A stretch of 64,000 bases of DNA from a virus (lineage: Duplodnaviria > Heunggongvirae > Uroviricota > Caudoviricetes): the IMG/VR virus record IMGVR_UViG_3300028833_002727, one strand, 5' to 3'. How positions within the stretch are numbered: the first letter of the stretch is position 1; the number at the start of each line of letters is the position of its first letter. Under the pieces are notes generated by a model. It made no database searches, was not told the DNA's origin, and saw only the letters and a list, made by a program, of their open reading frames with translations. A program made the translations under genes and the position numbers. Shown here piece by piece: positions 19,565-29,314 of the stretch.

Positions 19565-20287
19565 ATGGATAGTAAAAAACAAATAGTAGAAATAAAAAAA
19601 GGGAACGTCGGTTCTGGCTTATTATTAGAAAATGACGGATATATGTCATTGGATATGCCAGAAAACAAAATGCTGAAAGAATCAGTTGAGGCATTCCAGG
19701 GTGGTATGGCACATGAGTTGCCACGTCCTTTTGTTGTTTCTGCCGTATTCCAAAAATACGGTATTCAAAACGCTAACGGACGTATATATCCAGAAAAGAT
19801 ATTGAAAAGAGAAGTTGAGAAATATCAACAGGCAATTAAAGAAAGACGCGCTTTCGGTTGTTTAAATCACCCGGATTCAAGTGATTTGGATTTGGAAAGA
19901 ATATGTCTTTTAATTACTGAACTTCATTGGGTAGGGCATACATTGGTTGGTAAAATGGAAATTCCTATTACTGAAGGTTTCCGCAGAGATGGTATTTGTT
20001 CTAATCTTGCGGATACTTTAGCACAATGGTTAATTAGTGGCTTGCGTGTTGGTGTATCAAGTAGAGCATTAGGCGGCGTACAGCAAATCGGCGGTACATT
20101 GGTTGTTGATGATACCCTTGAACTAATTTGTTGGGATGCTGTTGGACAACCATCAACTCCAGGTGCATACATTGATACAAACGACGATGCTTTAACACCA
20201 TTCATTGAATCAAAAGAAGCACCTGATGGTAAACAGGTTATTAAAGAGGACAAATTTAGTAAATTCGATGGGTGGTTAAACGATTAA
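19565..20287 (+). CDS. gp21: Prohead core protease (T4 gp21-like)
   Basis: NANGRIYP, G.LNHP (catalytic His), VGVSSRALG (catalytic Ser), WDAVGQPSTPGA. Confidence 0.95.
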   Translation: MDSKKQIVEIKKGNVGSGLLLENDGYMSLDMPENKMLKESVEAFQGGMAHELPRPFVVSAVFQKYGIQNANGRIYPEKILKREVEKYQQAIKERRAFGCLNHPDSSDLDLERICLLITELHWVGHTLVGKMEIPITEGFRRDGICSNLADTLAQWLISGLRVGVSSRALGGVQQIGGTLVVDDTLELICWDAVGQPSTPGAYIDTNDDALTPFIESKEAPDGKQVIKEDKFSKFDGWLND

Positions 20288-20294
20288 ATACTAT

Positions 20295-20324
20295 AAAAGA
20301 GTCGCAGGAATGTGGCTCTTTTTT
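20295..20324 (+). terminator. Intrinsic terminator
   Basis: aaaagagtcgca-ggaa-tgtggctctttttt. Confidence 0.8.
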
Positions 20325-20349
20325 GTTTTAATGTAGTATTTATATGTAT

Positions 20350-20880
20350 ATGGATAATAAAAAATTAAAAAATATAATAAAAGAAAGTATCCTAGCAGAA
20401 CTTGGTGAGGATGGTAGCAAGTTTAAAGCAACTATTGAATGGGTACAAGATAGGTATAATAAAGCTAATCAAGAACTATTCAATGGGCGACTTGGCGCTT
20501 GTAATTTCAAGATTGCTGATTTAGGTGTTAGAACAAATGGAAGATTTACACTAGATACACCATCAAACTATCTTTATTACGATCCAAAAGCAAACAATCA
20601 TTTATACGTTGTCCCATATATTGGTGCTAGTAGAATTTACATCAATAAAGAGAATTTTGTTAAATATTGTAATCCAACCATTTTGCTGAATTCAAATCGT
20701 TCTGCTACTGAAGAATCAAGATATACAACATTGGTTCACGAAATGTGTCATTATTATACTTACATGTTCGGGTTTGTTCCAAAGCAAGCACATGGTAGAG
20801 AATTTAGAGATATTGCATCAATCATAGCATATAGAAGTAATGGCGCAATAACAGTGCAACGGCTTGCAAGCGCAGAATAA
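20350..20880 (+). CDS. SprT-like zinc metalloprotease with leader (5' part of an apparently split gene)
   Basis: YNKANQELFNGRL, LVHEMCHYY (HExxH), HGREF; leader KKLKNIIKESILAE. Confidence 0.85.
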   Translation: MDNKKLKNIIKESILAELGEDGSKFKATIEWVQDRYNKANQELFNGRLGACNFKIADLGVRTNGRFTLDTPSNYLYYDPKANNHLYVVPYIGASRIYINKENFVKYCNPTILLNSNRSATEESRYTTLVHEMCHYYTYMFGFVPKQAHGREFRDIASIIAYRSNGAITVQRLASAE

Positions 20881-21237
20881 ATGGCGGGTTATGAACTTGA
20901 TGCTGATGTTAAAGCAAAGGAAGCCAGGTTAGATGCTAAGAAAAAAATGAGAAGAGAAATGCAGTCAGTAGCAACAAACTATTACATTTCTCTATCTCCA
21001 AATAATACTATAAGGTTATTCAAAGTTGACAATGCTAAATTGTTATCTGAAATAGTTGAAGGTGAAACCGATAGAGGATGTGAAATGTTTCATATAACAG
21101 ATGGTGTTATATCCCATGAATTATATATAAATGGATATAAAGCCGTCAGTCGTAAATATAGATTTTGGACAATACCGTTTAACAATAAACTCATACAGAA
21201 AGCATTAAACTCATCATCAACTGAGGCTATAAATTAG
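20881..21237 (+). CDS. In-frame continuation of the SprT-like ORF after a single TAA
   Basis: gcagaaTAAatggcg, same frame, no intergenic space. Confidence 0.6.
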   Translation: MAGYELDADVKAKEARLDAKKKMRREMQSVATNYYISLSPNNTIRLFKVDNAKLLSEIVEGETDRGCEMFHITDGVISHELYINGYKAVSRKYRFWTIPFNNKLIQKALNSSSTEAIN

Positions 21238-21254
21238 TAAAAGAAATTAAAACA

Positions 21255-23036
21255 ATGAACAAAGGTTTTGAAATAAATGGTACTATGGATTTAGGACACA
21301 TGAGTCCATTAGAACAACAAGAAAATGTTATGGAAAAGAAGATAAATGAACAAACGTTAAGACAAATAGTTCGTGAAAGTTTAAAAGAACTATCTAACCA
21401 AACAATTGGTAGTTATATGCGTGCAACAAAAAACCAAAGAAGGGATAGACAATATGATGCAGGCAAATGGCACGCGATAAAAACTGTTAACGACAAATAT
21501 AGTTTTTGTGTCACATTGGATCTTGGCGAGGAAGTATTATTCACCTTGGGTATGGACAATGAGGAATTCTTCATTCTTGTTGATGTAGATGAACATATGG
21601 AAAATAAAGAACCATATACTTTGAAGTTAATGCCTAACAATCCAAGACGTATGTTAGATGGTACTCCAATAACTGAAACAACGGTTGGGTATGTTATTGA
21701 TAACCTACGCGCAGGTGAAAGGATGAAACTTAAAGGCTTATGCCAATCCGCTATAGAATTGAATCAAGCATTAAGAGGTAAACAAGCACAAATTGCTGAA
21801 TCTGTTAAAGAGAAAGCGGTAAGTAAATCACAACAACGTTTTTTCGGCATGGTTGATGCATATAAAAAAGGTGAGTTGGATAATCCTTCAAAATCTGTTA
21901 AAGATGCAGCTGATGGTATGTCAATGAAACAGGTAAAAGATTTTGCGAAAACAAAACACAAAGGTTTACCAAACCATGTAGATGAATCTGTCCTTCGTAG
22001 TATAATTAGAGAAACATTAGAACAAACATGGGCTGACAGAGAACCAAAAGATAAAATGGATAACATACGTCTTCAACGTTACCAGGGGTTAGTTGAAATC
22101 GTTGAATACTATCTAAATCAATGCGAAGCTGGAAATGGTGTTGAATTGTCTGATAAACAACGTGAGCAACTTGAAGATGCTTGTAATAAACTATGTGTGT
22201 TTGGTGAAATTGGTGAAAAGTGGGCAAATCTTGGCAGAAGTATTTTGAGTGGAGATGAAGATGTTGCAGAAGAGAAACCATTTACTGATGAAAATGTTTA
22301 CACAATGGATGACTGGAGGCGTGATGGTTCACTCAAAGTACAGATAGGGCAGTTAATAGCACCTGAAGTATATTGGCAATTAAGAGATAGTGTACCGCCA
22401 ATGTCAGACGGAGGTTGTTTCCAACCTGGTGAAGCATACGACCATGACTGGAGAACTGGAAAAGCACTTTATCAAACATTCACGCGCGAGGGCGATAATT
22501 ATTATAGATACAAAGGATTACAGCCAGCAAGTAGGTGGGGATTAGAAGAAAGTGAATTAAAAAAAACAATAAGAGAAACAGTACAAATGCATTTAGTAAA
22601 CGTACTTGGTAAATATACACAAGGAAAAACATCAAGCAAAGAGGCAAACAAGGCTATCATGGATTTAGCAAATAGTTCAAATAAAAAAAAAGTGAATGAA
22701 GATGTTGATGCTCGTACTGCCGCATATTTCGACAAAATTAGAAATGGAGAATATGAGACTTTAGAGTTTGAAGGAAAAATATTTAGTGTCCCTCCACAGT
22801 TAAAACAAATAGCACAGAAAACTGCCGACAAATTTGGGGTTAGGGTATCAACATATGTAGGAGAAGACGAAAGAAAACTTTATTATGGCTTATTAGTTGA
22901 TGTTCCAGAAAATTGTGTTTTTCCAACATTATCCAATAACATTAGGTTATTTTTATTAGATTATGATATACATTATATAGGTTGGTACAAGAGAGGCATC
23001 TTTTTTTACCAGCAAATAATGAAAAAACCATACTAA
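21255..23036 (+). CDS. Modular protein with three leader motifs and a DUF3008-like module
   Basis: INEQTLRQIVRESLKE, VDESVLRSIIRETLE, LEESELKKTIRETV; KAVSKSQQRFFGMV..YKKGE...VKDFAKTKHKGLP. Confidence 0.8.
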   Translation: MNKGFEINGTMDLGHMSPLEQQENVMEKKINEQTLRQIVRESLKELSNQTIGSYMRATKNQRRDRQYDAGKWHAIKTVNDKYSFCVTLDLGEEVLFTLGMDNEEFFILVDVDEHMENKEPYTLKLMPNNPRRMLDGTPITETTVGYVIDNLRAGERMKLKGLCQSAIELNQALRGKQAQIAESVKEKAVSKSQQRFFGMVDAYKKGELDNPSKSVKDAADGMSMKQVKDFAKTKHKGLPNHVDESVLRSIIRETLEQTWADREPKDKMDNIRLQRYQGLVEIVEYYLNQCEAGNGVELSDKQREQLEDACNKLCVFGEIGEKWANLGRSILSGDEDVAEEKPFTDENVYTMDDWRRDGSLKVQIGQLIAPEVYWQLRDSVPPMSDGGCFQPGEAYDHDWRTGKALYQTFTREGDNYYRYKGLQPASRWGLEESELKKTIRETVQMHLVNVLGKYTQGKTSSKEANKAIMDLANSSNKKKVNEDVDARTAAYFDKIRNGEYETLEFEGKIFSVPPQLKQIAQKTADKFGVRVSTYVGEDERKLYYGLLVDVPENCVFPTLSNNIRLFLLDYDIHYIGWYKRGIFFYQQIMKKPY

Positions 23037-23220
23037 AAACATTAAATAATAAAAAAAAAACACTTTTTTTTGCAAAAATATGCATTTTTTTTACATTGAT
23101 GTGTATTTTTCAAAATTGCATTGTATTTATAGGTAAAGAATTTCACAAATGTTGTAATTGATATTTATTATAACAATAAACAACGGTAAATAATAATCGA
23201 AAAAAGATTAGAACAATAAT

Positions 23221-24753
23221 ATGAGTAAGAAAAACAATACGGCACAAAAATCTGCTCTTGAAATTGAACAACTTTCAAAGGCTTTGAGAGAAGGTACTGA
23301 AAAAACTTTACGTAATCTTCTCAAAGAAGCAATTGAAGACATCGTTGACAACGATGAGGAATCACAAGATGCAGAACCTATCGAAGATGATAGTTATGAG
23401 GTACAAGATGTCGAAACTGACGAAACTCCAAGTGATGCACCTGAAGAAGGTGAACCAGAGACATCTGGCGAAGGCGAGGAAGCATCTTCAGATGACGAAG
23501 GTGGAGCCGACGAATGGGGTGATTACGACGAGTTCAAGGTAGGAGATAATGAATATGATTTCACTGGCGTGGATGGAGATTTAGCTCTCAAGATTTATCA
23601 AGCACTATCAGATGACGACCAAATCAGTGTTAAGAAAGATGATGAAGGTAACATCAAGGTTAGTGATGGTGAAACTGGCGCAGGAGTAGTGATCGAACTA
23701 ACACCTGAAGATGGTGGTGCAGAGAATGGCGAAGAAGGTATTTCTGATAAACTTCCTGGTGACGAAGGTGCAGAAGGTGATGCTGATGGCGACATTGACA
23801 TTCAACTTGAACCAGACGCAGAAGGTGGTGCAGATGATGAAATCGAAATCGACTTAGGTGACGGTTTAGATGATGAACCATCTGATGATGAACTTAACGA
23901 AGATTTAGGTTACACTGACAGTTATCAGAAAGATGTTATGCCAGGTTTAAAAATGAACGAACCAGCAGATAAAAAAGCAACTTACAGTATGGATGATGGT
24001 GCTCCAGAAGGTAACAAAAAACCTTGGGCTGGTAAGCACACTGAAAAAGACTACAAAGAGACACATACTGATTTAGCAGAAGGTTGTGAAGGTGGTGCTT
24101 GCGAAAAAGAACTTGAGGAAGGTGCTATGAGCACATCAAGTCAATCAGTAGCAAAAGAAACACACACTCCAACATCTGAACCACGTGCTAACAACGCACG
24201 TCAAGTTGCAAAATTAGTTCACAATGGTGGTAAACAGTTAGACGAGGCAAAAGCATTAAAAATCCTTGAAGCAGCAAAGGCCATTCAAGCAGAAAATAAA
24301 CAAATTAAAGCCTTAGCAGGTAAGTTAAGAAAAAGTCTTATGGAGGCTGCAACTCTTAACATGAACTATGGTAAAATTGTTACTTTGTTAGTTAACGAAA
24401 GTACTACAAAGGCTGAGAAACAATCAATCATTGAACGTTTCAATAAAGTTACCACAGTTAAAGAAGGTGCAATTCTATTTGAATCAATCAAACGTGAATT
24501 GAACGAAAGTCACAAGAGTGATGCTGCAAACGTTCTAAACGAACAAATTTCAGCAGAGTCTTCAAGACAAATCAACGAAACTACATTCTATCAAACAAGT
24601 GCTAACAACAAGAGTATTTCTTTAATGGAAAGAATGGATAACCTAGGTAGAAACTACTCAAAAGGTGGCTACAAACCAATTAACGAAAATACTAGTAAAG
24701 GGCTTGACTTAATGAATAGAATTAGTGGACTCCAAACAAAAAGACAAGTATAA
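23221..24753 (+). CDS. Prohead core scaffolding protein (gp22-like by position)
   Basis: Very acidic middle region, coiled-coil C-terminus, many L/I-x-E sites, immediately upstream of the MCP. Confidence 0.75.
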   Translation: MSKKNNTAQKSALEIEQLSKALREGTEKTLRNLLKEAIEDIVDNDEESQDAEPIEDDSYEVQDVETDETPSDAPEEGEPETSGEGEEASSDDEGGADEWGDYDEFKVGDNEYDFTGVDGDLALKIYQALSDDDQISVKKDDEGNIKVSDGETGAGVVIELTPEDGGAENGEEGISDKLPGDEGAEGDADGDIDIQLEPDAEGGADDEIEIDLGDGLDDEPSDDELNEDLGYTDSYQKDVMPGLKMNEPADKKATYSMDDGAPEGNKKPWAGKHTEKDYKETHTDLAEGCEGGACEKELEEGAMSTSSQSVAKETHTPTSEPRANNARQVAKLVHNGGKQLDEAKALKILEAAKAIQAENKQIKALAGKLRKSLMEAATLNMNYGKIVTLLVNESTTKAEKQSIIERFNKVTTVKEGAILFESIKRELNESHKSDAANVLNEQISAESSRQINETTFYQTSANNKSISLMERMDNLGRNYSKGGYKPINENTSKGLDLMNRISGLQTKRQV

Positions 24754-24791
24754 AAAAGAATAATCATTAAATTAAAAAACAATAAACAATT

Positions 24792-26672
24792 ATGCAATCA
24801 CAATTCTTATTAGAAAATCATTTAGGTGAAGCAGCGCTTCAACAACAAAAACAAGCTCGCGAACTTATTAGAGAACGTTGGAGTAACCTTGGTTTTACTA
24901 GAGGTTTAGAGGGTTATATGGAAGATAACATGGCAACTCTTTTCGAAAACGAGGCTCAAATGATGCTTTCAGAATCAACTGACGCACAAAACAGTGGTTC
25001 ATTCGAAACAGTTGTATTCCCATTAGTACGTCGTGTATTCTCACGTCTATTGGCTAACGACATCGTATCTGTTCAAGCAATGAACATGCCTATTGGTAAA
25101 TTGTTCTTCATCCTTCCTGTTACTAGCGAAAGACAATGGGATTTCGACGACATCGCACAAGCACTTTCTGCTTTGATGAGCGGACAAACTGTAGCAGGTA
25201 AACACGTTGGTTTGATGGGTTACCAAAGAACTAACCGTAACGAATGGGACGAAAACGGTGAAGGTACAAAACAAAACCGTTATTACTTACCAGACGAAGT
25301 AGTTAAACCTACTAGCAATGTTGAACCAAAAGTAACAGAGTACTTCAAGAAATCTCTTTACGATATGTTCTATAACGATGGTTTGTTCGACCAATCAAAA
25401 GGCCAAATCCATCTAAGAGCAGGTGAATTAGAGGAAATCGACAGAATCGAATTCGACGGTTCAGAAGTTGCACACGTAAGTGGCGCTCCACGTGCATTAG
25501 CATTCGATGGTACTGTTCGTAGTATCAAAGTTAAATTATCAGGTTTCAGCCCAGTAAACGCTGGTAGACTTATCGGTCCTGACGGTAACGAAATGGACAC
25601 TGAGGCTTTCTTGGCATCATTGAAAATTGTTACTAAAACTGAAATCGCAGCAGCTACAGGCGAAACAACAACAACTTCATTCAAGGAGTTAGAACCAGTT
25701 CACTTCCGCGTTGTAACACAACAATATGGCCGTGCAATGGTTCAATACGATAGCATCTGCAATGCTAAAGGCGAAATCTTACTTGAAATCGACTTAACAA
25801 AACCAACTGTACAAATGGGTAAAACTATTGACGGTTACATTGGTGTTGACGCAGACGCAATCGGTGATGTAAACGAAACATTCTTAGCAGTTTGGGCAGA
25901 ATACGACAGCCTTGAACTTGAAACTGAAATCGGTGAAGTTTCATTCAAACTTACAGACGTAACAGTTTCTGTTGAGGAAAGAAAACTTCGTGCAACCTGG
26001 TCACCAGAATTAGCACAAGACGTTGCTGCATTCCACAACATCGACGCTGAAGCAGAGTTAACTGCTATCCTTTCAGAGCAAATCGCTGCTGAAATCGACC
26101 GTGAAATCCTCCGTGACTTGCGTAAAGCATCTCCATGGACAATCAAATGGGATTACAATGGCTGGCGCCGTCAAGCAGGTTTCTCAACAAACTACACTCA
26201 GAAAGACTGGAACCAAACTCTTATGACTAAGATTAACCAACTTTCTGCTCAAATCCATAAAGCAACTTTACGTGGTGGTGCAAACTTCATCGTAGTTTCT
26301 ACTGAAATTTCAGCCGTTCTTAACGACTTAGAGTACTTCCATGTAACAGACGCTAACGCTGAAGCAGTTCAATATTCAATGGGTATTGAAAAAGTTGGTG
26401 CTCTTCAAGGACGTTATGAGGTATTCGTAGATCCATACAGTCCAGCACAATCATTGATTATGGGTCACAAGGGTGATAGTTTGTTAGACACTGGTTACAT
26501 CTACGCTCCATATGTACCAATGCAATTAACTCCAACTATCTATAATCCATTCAACTTCGCACCAGTAAAGGGTATCATCACTCGTTACGCTAAGAAGATG
26601 GTTAACAACAGATATTATGGTTCATTGGTAGTTAATGGACTTCAAACTTGGGACATCAACGAACTCCGTTAA
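24792..26672 (+). CDS. gp23: Major capsid protein (T4 gp23-like)
   Basis: PLVRRVF...DIVSVQAM..P.G; RKLRATWSPELAQD...H.IDAEAEL..ILSEQIAAEIDREI; GYIYAPYVP; GIITRYA; codon usage of a highly expressed gene. Confidence 0.98.
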   Translation: MQSQFLLENHLGEAALQQQKQARELIRERWSNLGFTRGLEGYMEDNMATLFENEAQMMLSESTDAQNSGSFETVVFPLVRRVFSRLLANDIVSVQAMNMPIGKLFFILPVTSERQWDFDDIAQALSALMSGQTVAGKHVGLMGYQRTNRNEWDENGEGTKQNRYYLPDEVVKPTSNVEPKVTEYFKKSLYDMFYNDGLFDQSKGQIHLRAGELEEIDRIEFDGSEVAHVSGAPRALAFDGTVRSIKVKLSGFSPVNAGRLIGPDGNEMDTEAFLASLKIVTKTEIAAATGETTTTSFKELEPVHFRVVTQQYGRAMVQYDSICNAKGEILLEIDLTKPTVQMGKTIDGYIGVDADAIGDVNETFLAVWAEYDSLELETEIGEVSFKLTDVTVSVEERKLRATWSPELAQDVAAFHNIDAEAELTAILSEQIAAEIDREILRDLRKASPWTIKWDYNGWRRQAGFSTNYTQKDWNQTLMTKINQLSAQIHKATLRGGANFIVVSTEISAVLNDLEYFHVTDANAEAVQYSMGIEKVGALQGRYEVFVDPYSPAQSLIMGHKGDSLLDTGYIYAPYVPMQLTPTIYNPFNFAPVKGIITRYAKKMVNNRYYGSLVVNGLQTWDINELR

Positions 26673-26703
26673 TCTTCGGATTAGAAGTTTGTTAAATAAA
26701 ATG

Positions 26704-26737
26704 ATAAAGCATCGAGGTATCGGTGCTTTATTTTTTT
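26704..26737 (+). terminator. Intrinsic terminator after the MCP (preceded by a cUUCGg hairpin at 26670-26683)
   Basis: ataaagcatcga-ggta-tcggtgctttattttttt. Confidence 0.85.
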
Positions 26738-26750
26738 GTATATGGGCAAC

Positions 26751-26779
26751 AAAAAAACGCTATTCGGAAATAGCGTTTT
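26751..26779 (-). terminator. Intrinsic terminator for the small minus-strand genes
   Basis: aaaacgctatt-cgga-aatagcgtttt with an A-run on the left. Confidence 0.8.
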
Positions 26780-26800
26780 AATTTTATGTGAATGTGTTTA

Positions 26801-26995
26801 TTATGAGAATATAACAGGGAATTTATCACCAAATACCCATTGTACTGGTGTAACTGGTCCACCACCCCCGCCTTCACTATCTGACTTCAAGGCTAAAGAT
26901 GCGGTATTTTGTTTTTTCTTCGTATTAGGATATTGTATTCCAGTATAAATTGTATAAATACCCGGACTATTATGTCTTCCTCTAATTTTTCCCAT
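26801..26995 (-). CDS. 64-aa protein with a tail-sheath-like N-terminal SPGIYT motif
   Basis: MGKIRGRHNSPGIYT...GGGGG...WVFGDKFPVIFS; lies between a promoter-driven small gene and a terminator. Confidence 0.65.
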   Translation of the reverse strand: MGKIRGRHNSPGIYTIYTGIQYPNTKKKQNTASLALKSDSEGGGGGPVTPVQWVFGDKFPVIFS

Positions 26996-26996
26996 T

Positions 26997-27134
26997 TTAA
27001 TATCTTTCTAATACTCGTCTTATTGTTTTTTTAGCACCAGGTGATTTGTGTACCACATGTGTTACAGGTTTTTGATTTCTTCTTGGTTGTGAACCAGAAC
27101 TTGTTTTAACACCTTTATTACATGAACATCCCAT
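26997..27134 (-). CDS. 45-aa basic CxC protein (not in the ORF track)
   Basis: Manual translation MGCSCNKGVKTSSGSQPRRNQKPVTHVVHKSPGAKKTIRRVLERY; TATTTAT motif at 27175-27181 (-). Confidence 0.7.
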   Translation of the reverse strand: MGCSCNKGVKTSSGSQPRRNQKPVTHVVHKSPGAKKTIRRVLERY

Positions 27135-27203
27135 AATTTTTTCAGGTTATTTAGTCTATATTATTTCTCTTATAATAAATACTTGCTACATTGCAAAAAT
27201 CAA

Positions 27204-29123
27204 TTAAAAATATCTAGGTTTTTTTGTTGATGCACCGCAGAATAGCCACATATTTGGGTTATTTTTCTTTTCAACTGTTTTATTAGTAAACATAACATCC
27301 TGAACACGTAGTTTATTTTCAACTGGAGCGTCTTCACGTTTCTCACGATTTTGTGTTTGTATAATACGACTATTAGCTCTAACCATTGCGTTAAGCATCG
27401 CCATATCACGGTTCTTTTGTTCGATTTGTTTACTAACAGAGTGTTGCATTACGAACAATCCCATCGCTAAACATGTAATGGTATCATCGTGACAACCTTC
27501 CTTGTGATCCATACCACGTGAACCTTGCACGAATACCCAAGTATCTAATTCGTTACATACACGTGAAGAACGTATCTTGAATTGATTAGTTCTAACAAGA
27601 TTAGCAAATTCACTTAACATGTTGTAACGAAGTGATGTTGTGTGATAACCTGGTAATCCCTGATCCGTTACCTTTGTTGGGGTAGCATCATTTTGGTTTG
27701 TATATTTTTTCAACATTGGGTCGTCATAGTATAGGTTTTTATAACCAAGACGTTGTAGAATCATCAATGTTGCTGCACCATAACCACCAATATCTTCAAC
27801 AACAATGAATGCGTTGTTATATTGTACACCATATGAATATGCTAATTCACCAACTATATCACCAGTAAGTTTACCATTATATTCAAGTACTTGTTCAACA
27901 CATGGCATACCATTGTCATCAATACCATCTAAGTCGATTATTTCAAGTGCTGTAGCATCATCACTAGAACCTCTTGAGTTATCTATAGACATTAGGTATC
28001 TGTGCCCTTCATAAGGCGGTTTCCATACCCATGTATCTTCAACACCAGGGTCTTTAAGATTTGGATTTGGTTCTCTTACATTTAACTCACGTTGCATTTC
28101 AATGTATTGAGGTTCAATAACAGTTGAATCAGAACCCAAGAATGAAGCATCCAACTCTTGTGCAATCTTTTGTGGGTCGTTGTTGAACTGTTGACACATT
28201 TTTACATACCAAGGTGAACGAGGTGTCCAACCGTCTTTTATTCGTTTCTCCCATTTCTCTTCGTTATATTCGATAGTTCCAGTATCATCAAGTGTCGGTT
28301 CTTTCTCAATATCATAATCACCAGTTGTATCATTCTTTTTGAGCCATTCCAGGTGTTTATTATAACGAGGGTCTTGATACCAGTGCATCTCAACCAATTC
28401 AAAACCATTCCAATCACGAGTTCCTTTTAATTTAGCACGTTTACAGGTTTCGTAGTACAACTGATCTTTACCGTTTGGTGTACTAATGAACAAACAACGT
28501 CCCTTTGTCGCACTAATTGTAGGAAGGGCGGCAGTATAAACGTCTTTTGCATTTTCAATGAAGGCTACCTCATCGAAAACTAGGAAGTGTACAGTCAAAC
28601 CACGAGATGCTTGTATATCTGATGAACGAGCATAAATTTTACAGCCGTTCTTCAAGAACATCTCTTTTTGATTTCGTTTATCGAAAATCACATTATCGTT
28701 TGCTGGTGGTTTTGAAATATCATATCCAGCGTTAATAAACTCTTCTGTGTGTCCCCACATCCATAATGGTATTTGCATTAAGAAGTCGTAAACTTTTAAG
28801 AACATTTGTTGTGCAATTTCCAATGTATTACCAATAATAAGCGTGTTTTTTGGTGAACCATCATCTGCCATTACAGCTTCACAGCATGTATAAGCAGCAG
28901 CAACTGTTGAAATACCGCTCTGACGGCTCTTTGTTGTTACAACTGAGTGTTGTCCATCACCAAGTGCTTTGCATAATAATTGTTGACGAGGGAAAAGCCC
29001 AAAATCAACTTCTTTACCTTGTGTGCCATCGTATGTTTTTAGATAATGCGTAATCATATAGATGCGGCTTTTATCAATATAACATTTGATATATTCTTCA
29101 GAAAGTGTTTGTGCGTCTAACAT
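27204..29123 (-). CDS. gp17: Terminase large subunit (T4 gp17-like)
   Basis: KSRQSGIST (Walker A), LVFDEVAF (Walker B), ISTPNG, QELDASF, nuclease motifs IDNSRG..DD and HDD. Confidence 0.96.
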   Translation of the reverse strand: MLDAQTLSEEYIKCYIDKSRIYMITHYLKTYDGTQGKEVDFGLFPRQQLLCKALGDGQHSVVTTKSRQSGISTVAAAYTCCEAVMADDGSPKNTLIIGNTLEIAQQMFLKVYDFLMQIPLWMWGHTEEFINAGYDISKPPANDNVIFDKRNQKEMFLKNGCKIYARSSDIQASRGLTVHFLVFDEVAFIENAKDVYTAALPTISATKGRCLFISTPNGKDQLYYETCKRAKLKGTRDWNGFELVEMHWYQDPRYNKHLEWLKKNDTTGDYDIEKEPTLDDTGTIEYNEEKWEKRIKDGWTPRSPWYVKMCQQFNNDPQKIAQELDASFLGSDSTVIEPQYIEMQRELNVREPNPNLKDPGVEDTWVWKPPYEGHRYLMSIDNSRGSSDDATALEIIDLDGIDDNGMPCVEQVLEYNGKLTGDIVGELAYSYGVQYNNAFIVVEDIGGYGAATLMILQRLGYKNLYYDDPMLKKYTNQNDATPTKVTDQGLPGYHTTSLRYNMLSEFANLVRTNQFKIRSSRVCNELDTWVFVQGSRGMDHKEGCHDDTITCLAMGLFVMQHSVSKQIEQKNRDMAMLNAMVRANSRIIQTQNREKREDAPVENKLRVQDVMFTNKTVEKKNNPNMWLFCGASTKKPRYF

Positions 29124-29314
29124 AATTTTTTCATTTTTGTAAATTTGTTATTATTCCCTTCATATTTCACTATGAAGTAATAAATACCCCTTTATTATAA
29201 AATATCACAATATAAATGAAAAAAACCATATTTTTCTCTATAAAAGTGTGTATTTTTACATGTTTTTAGGCGTTTCAAGGTATTTATTGTTAAGAATTAG
29301 TATTTATAAACACT

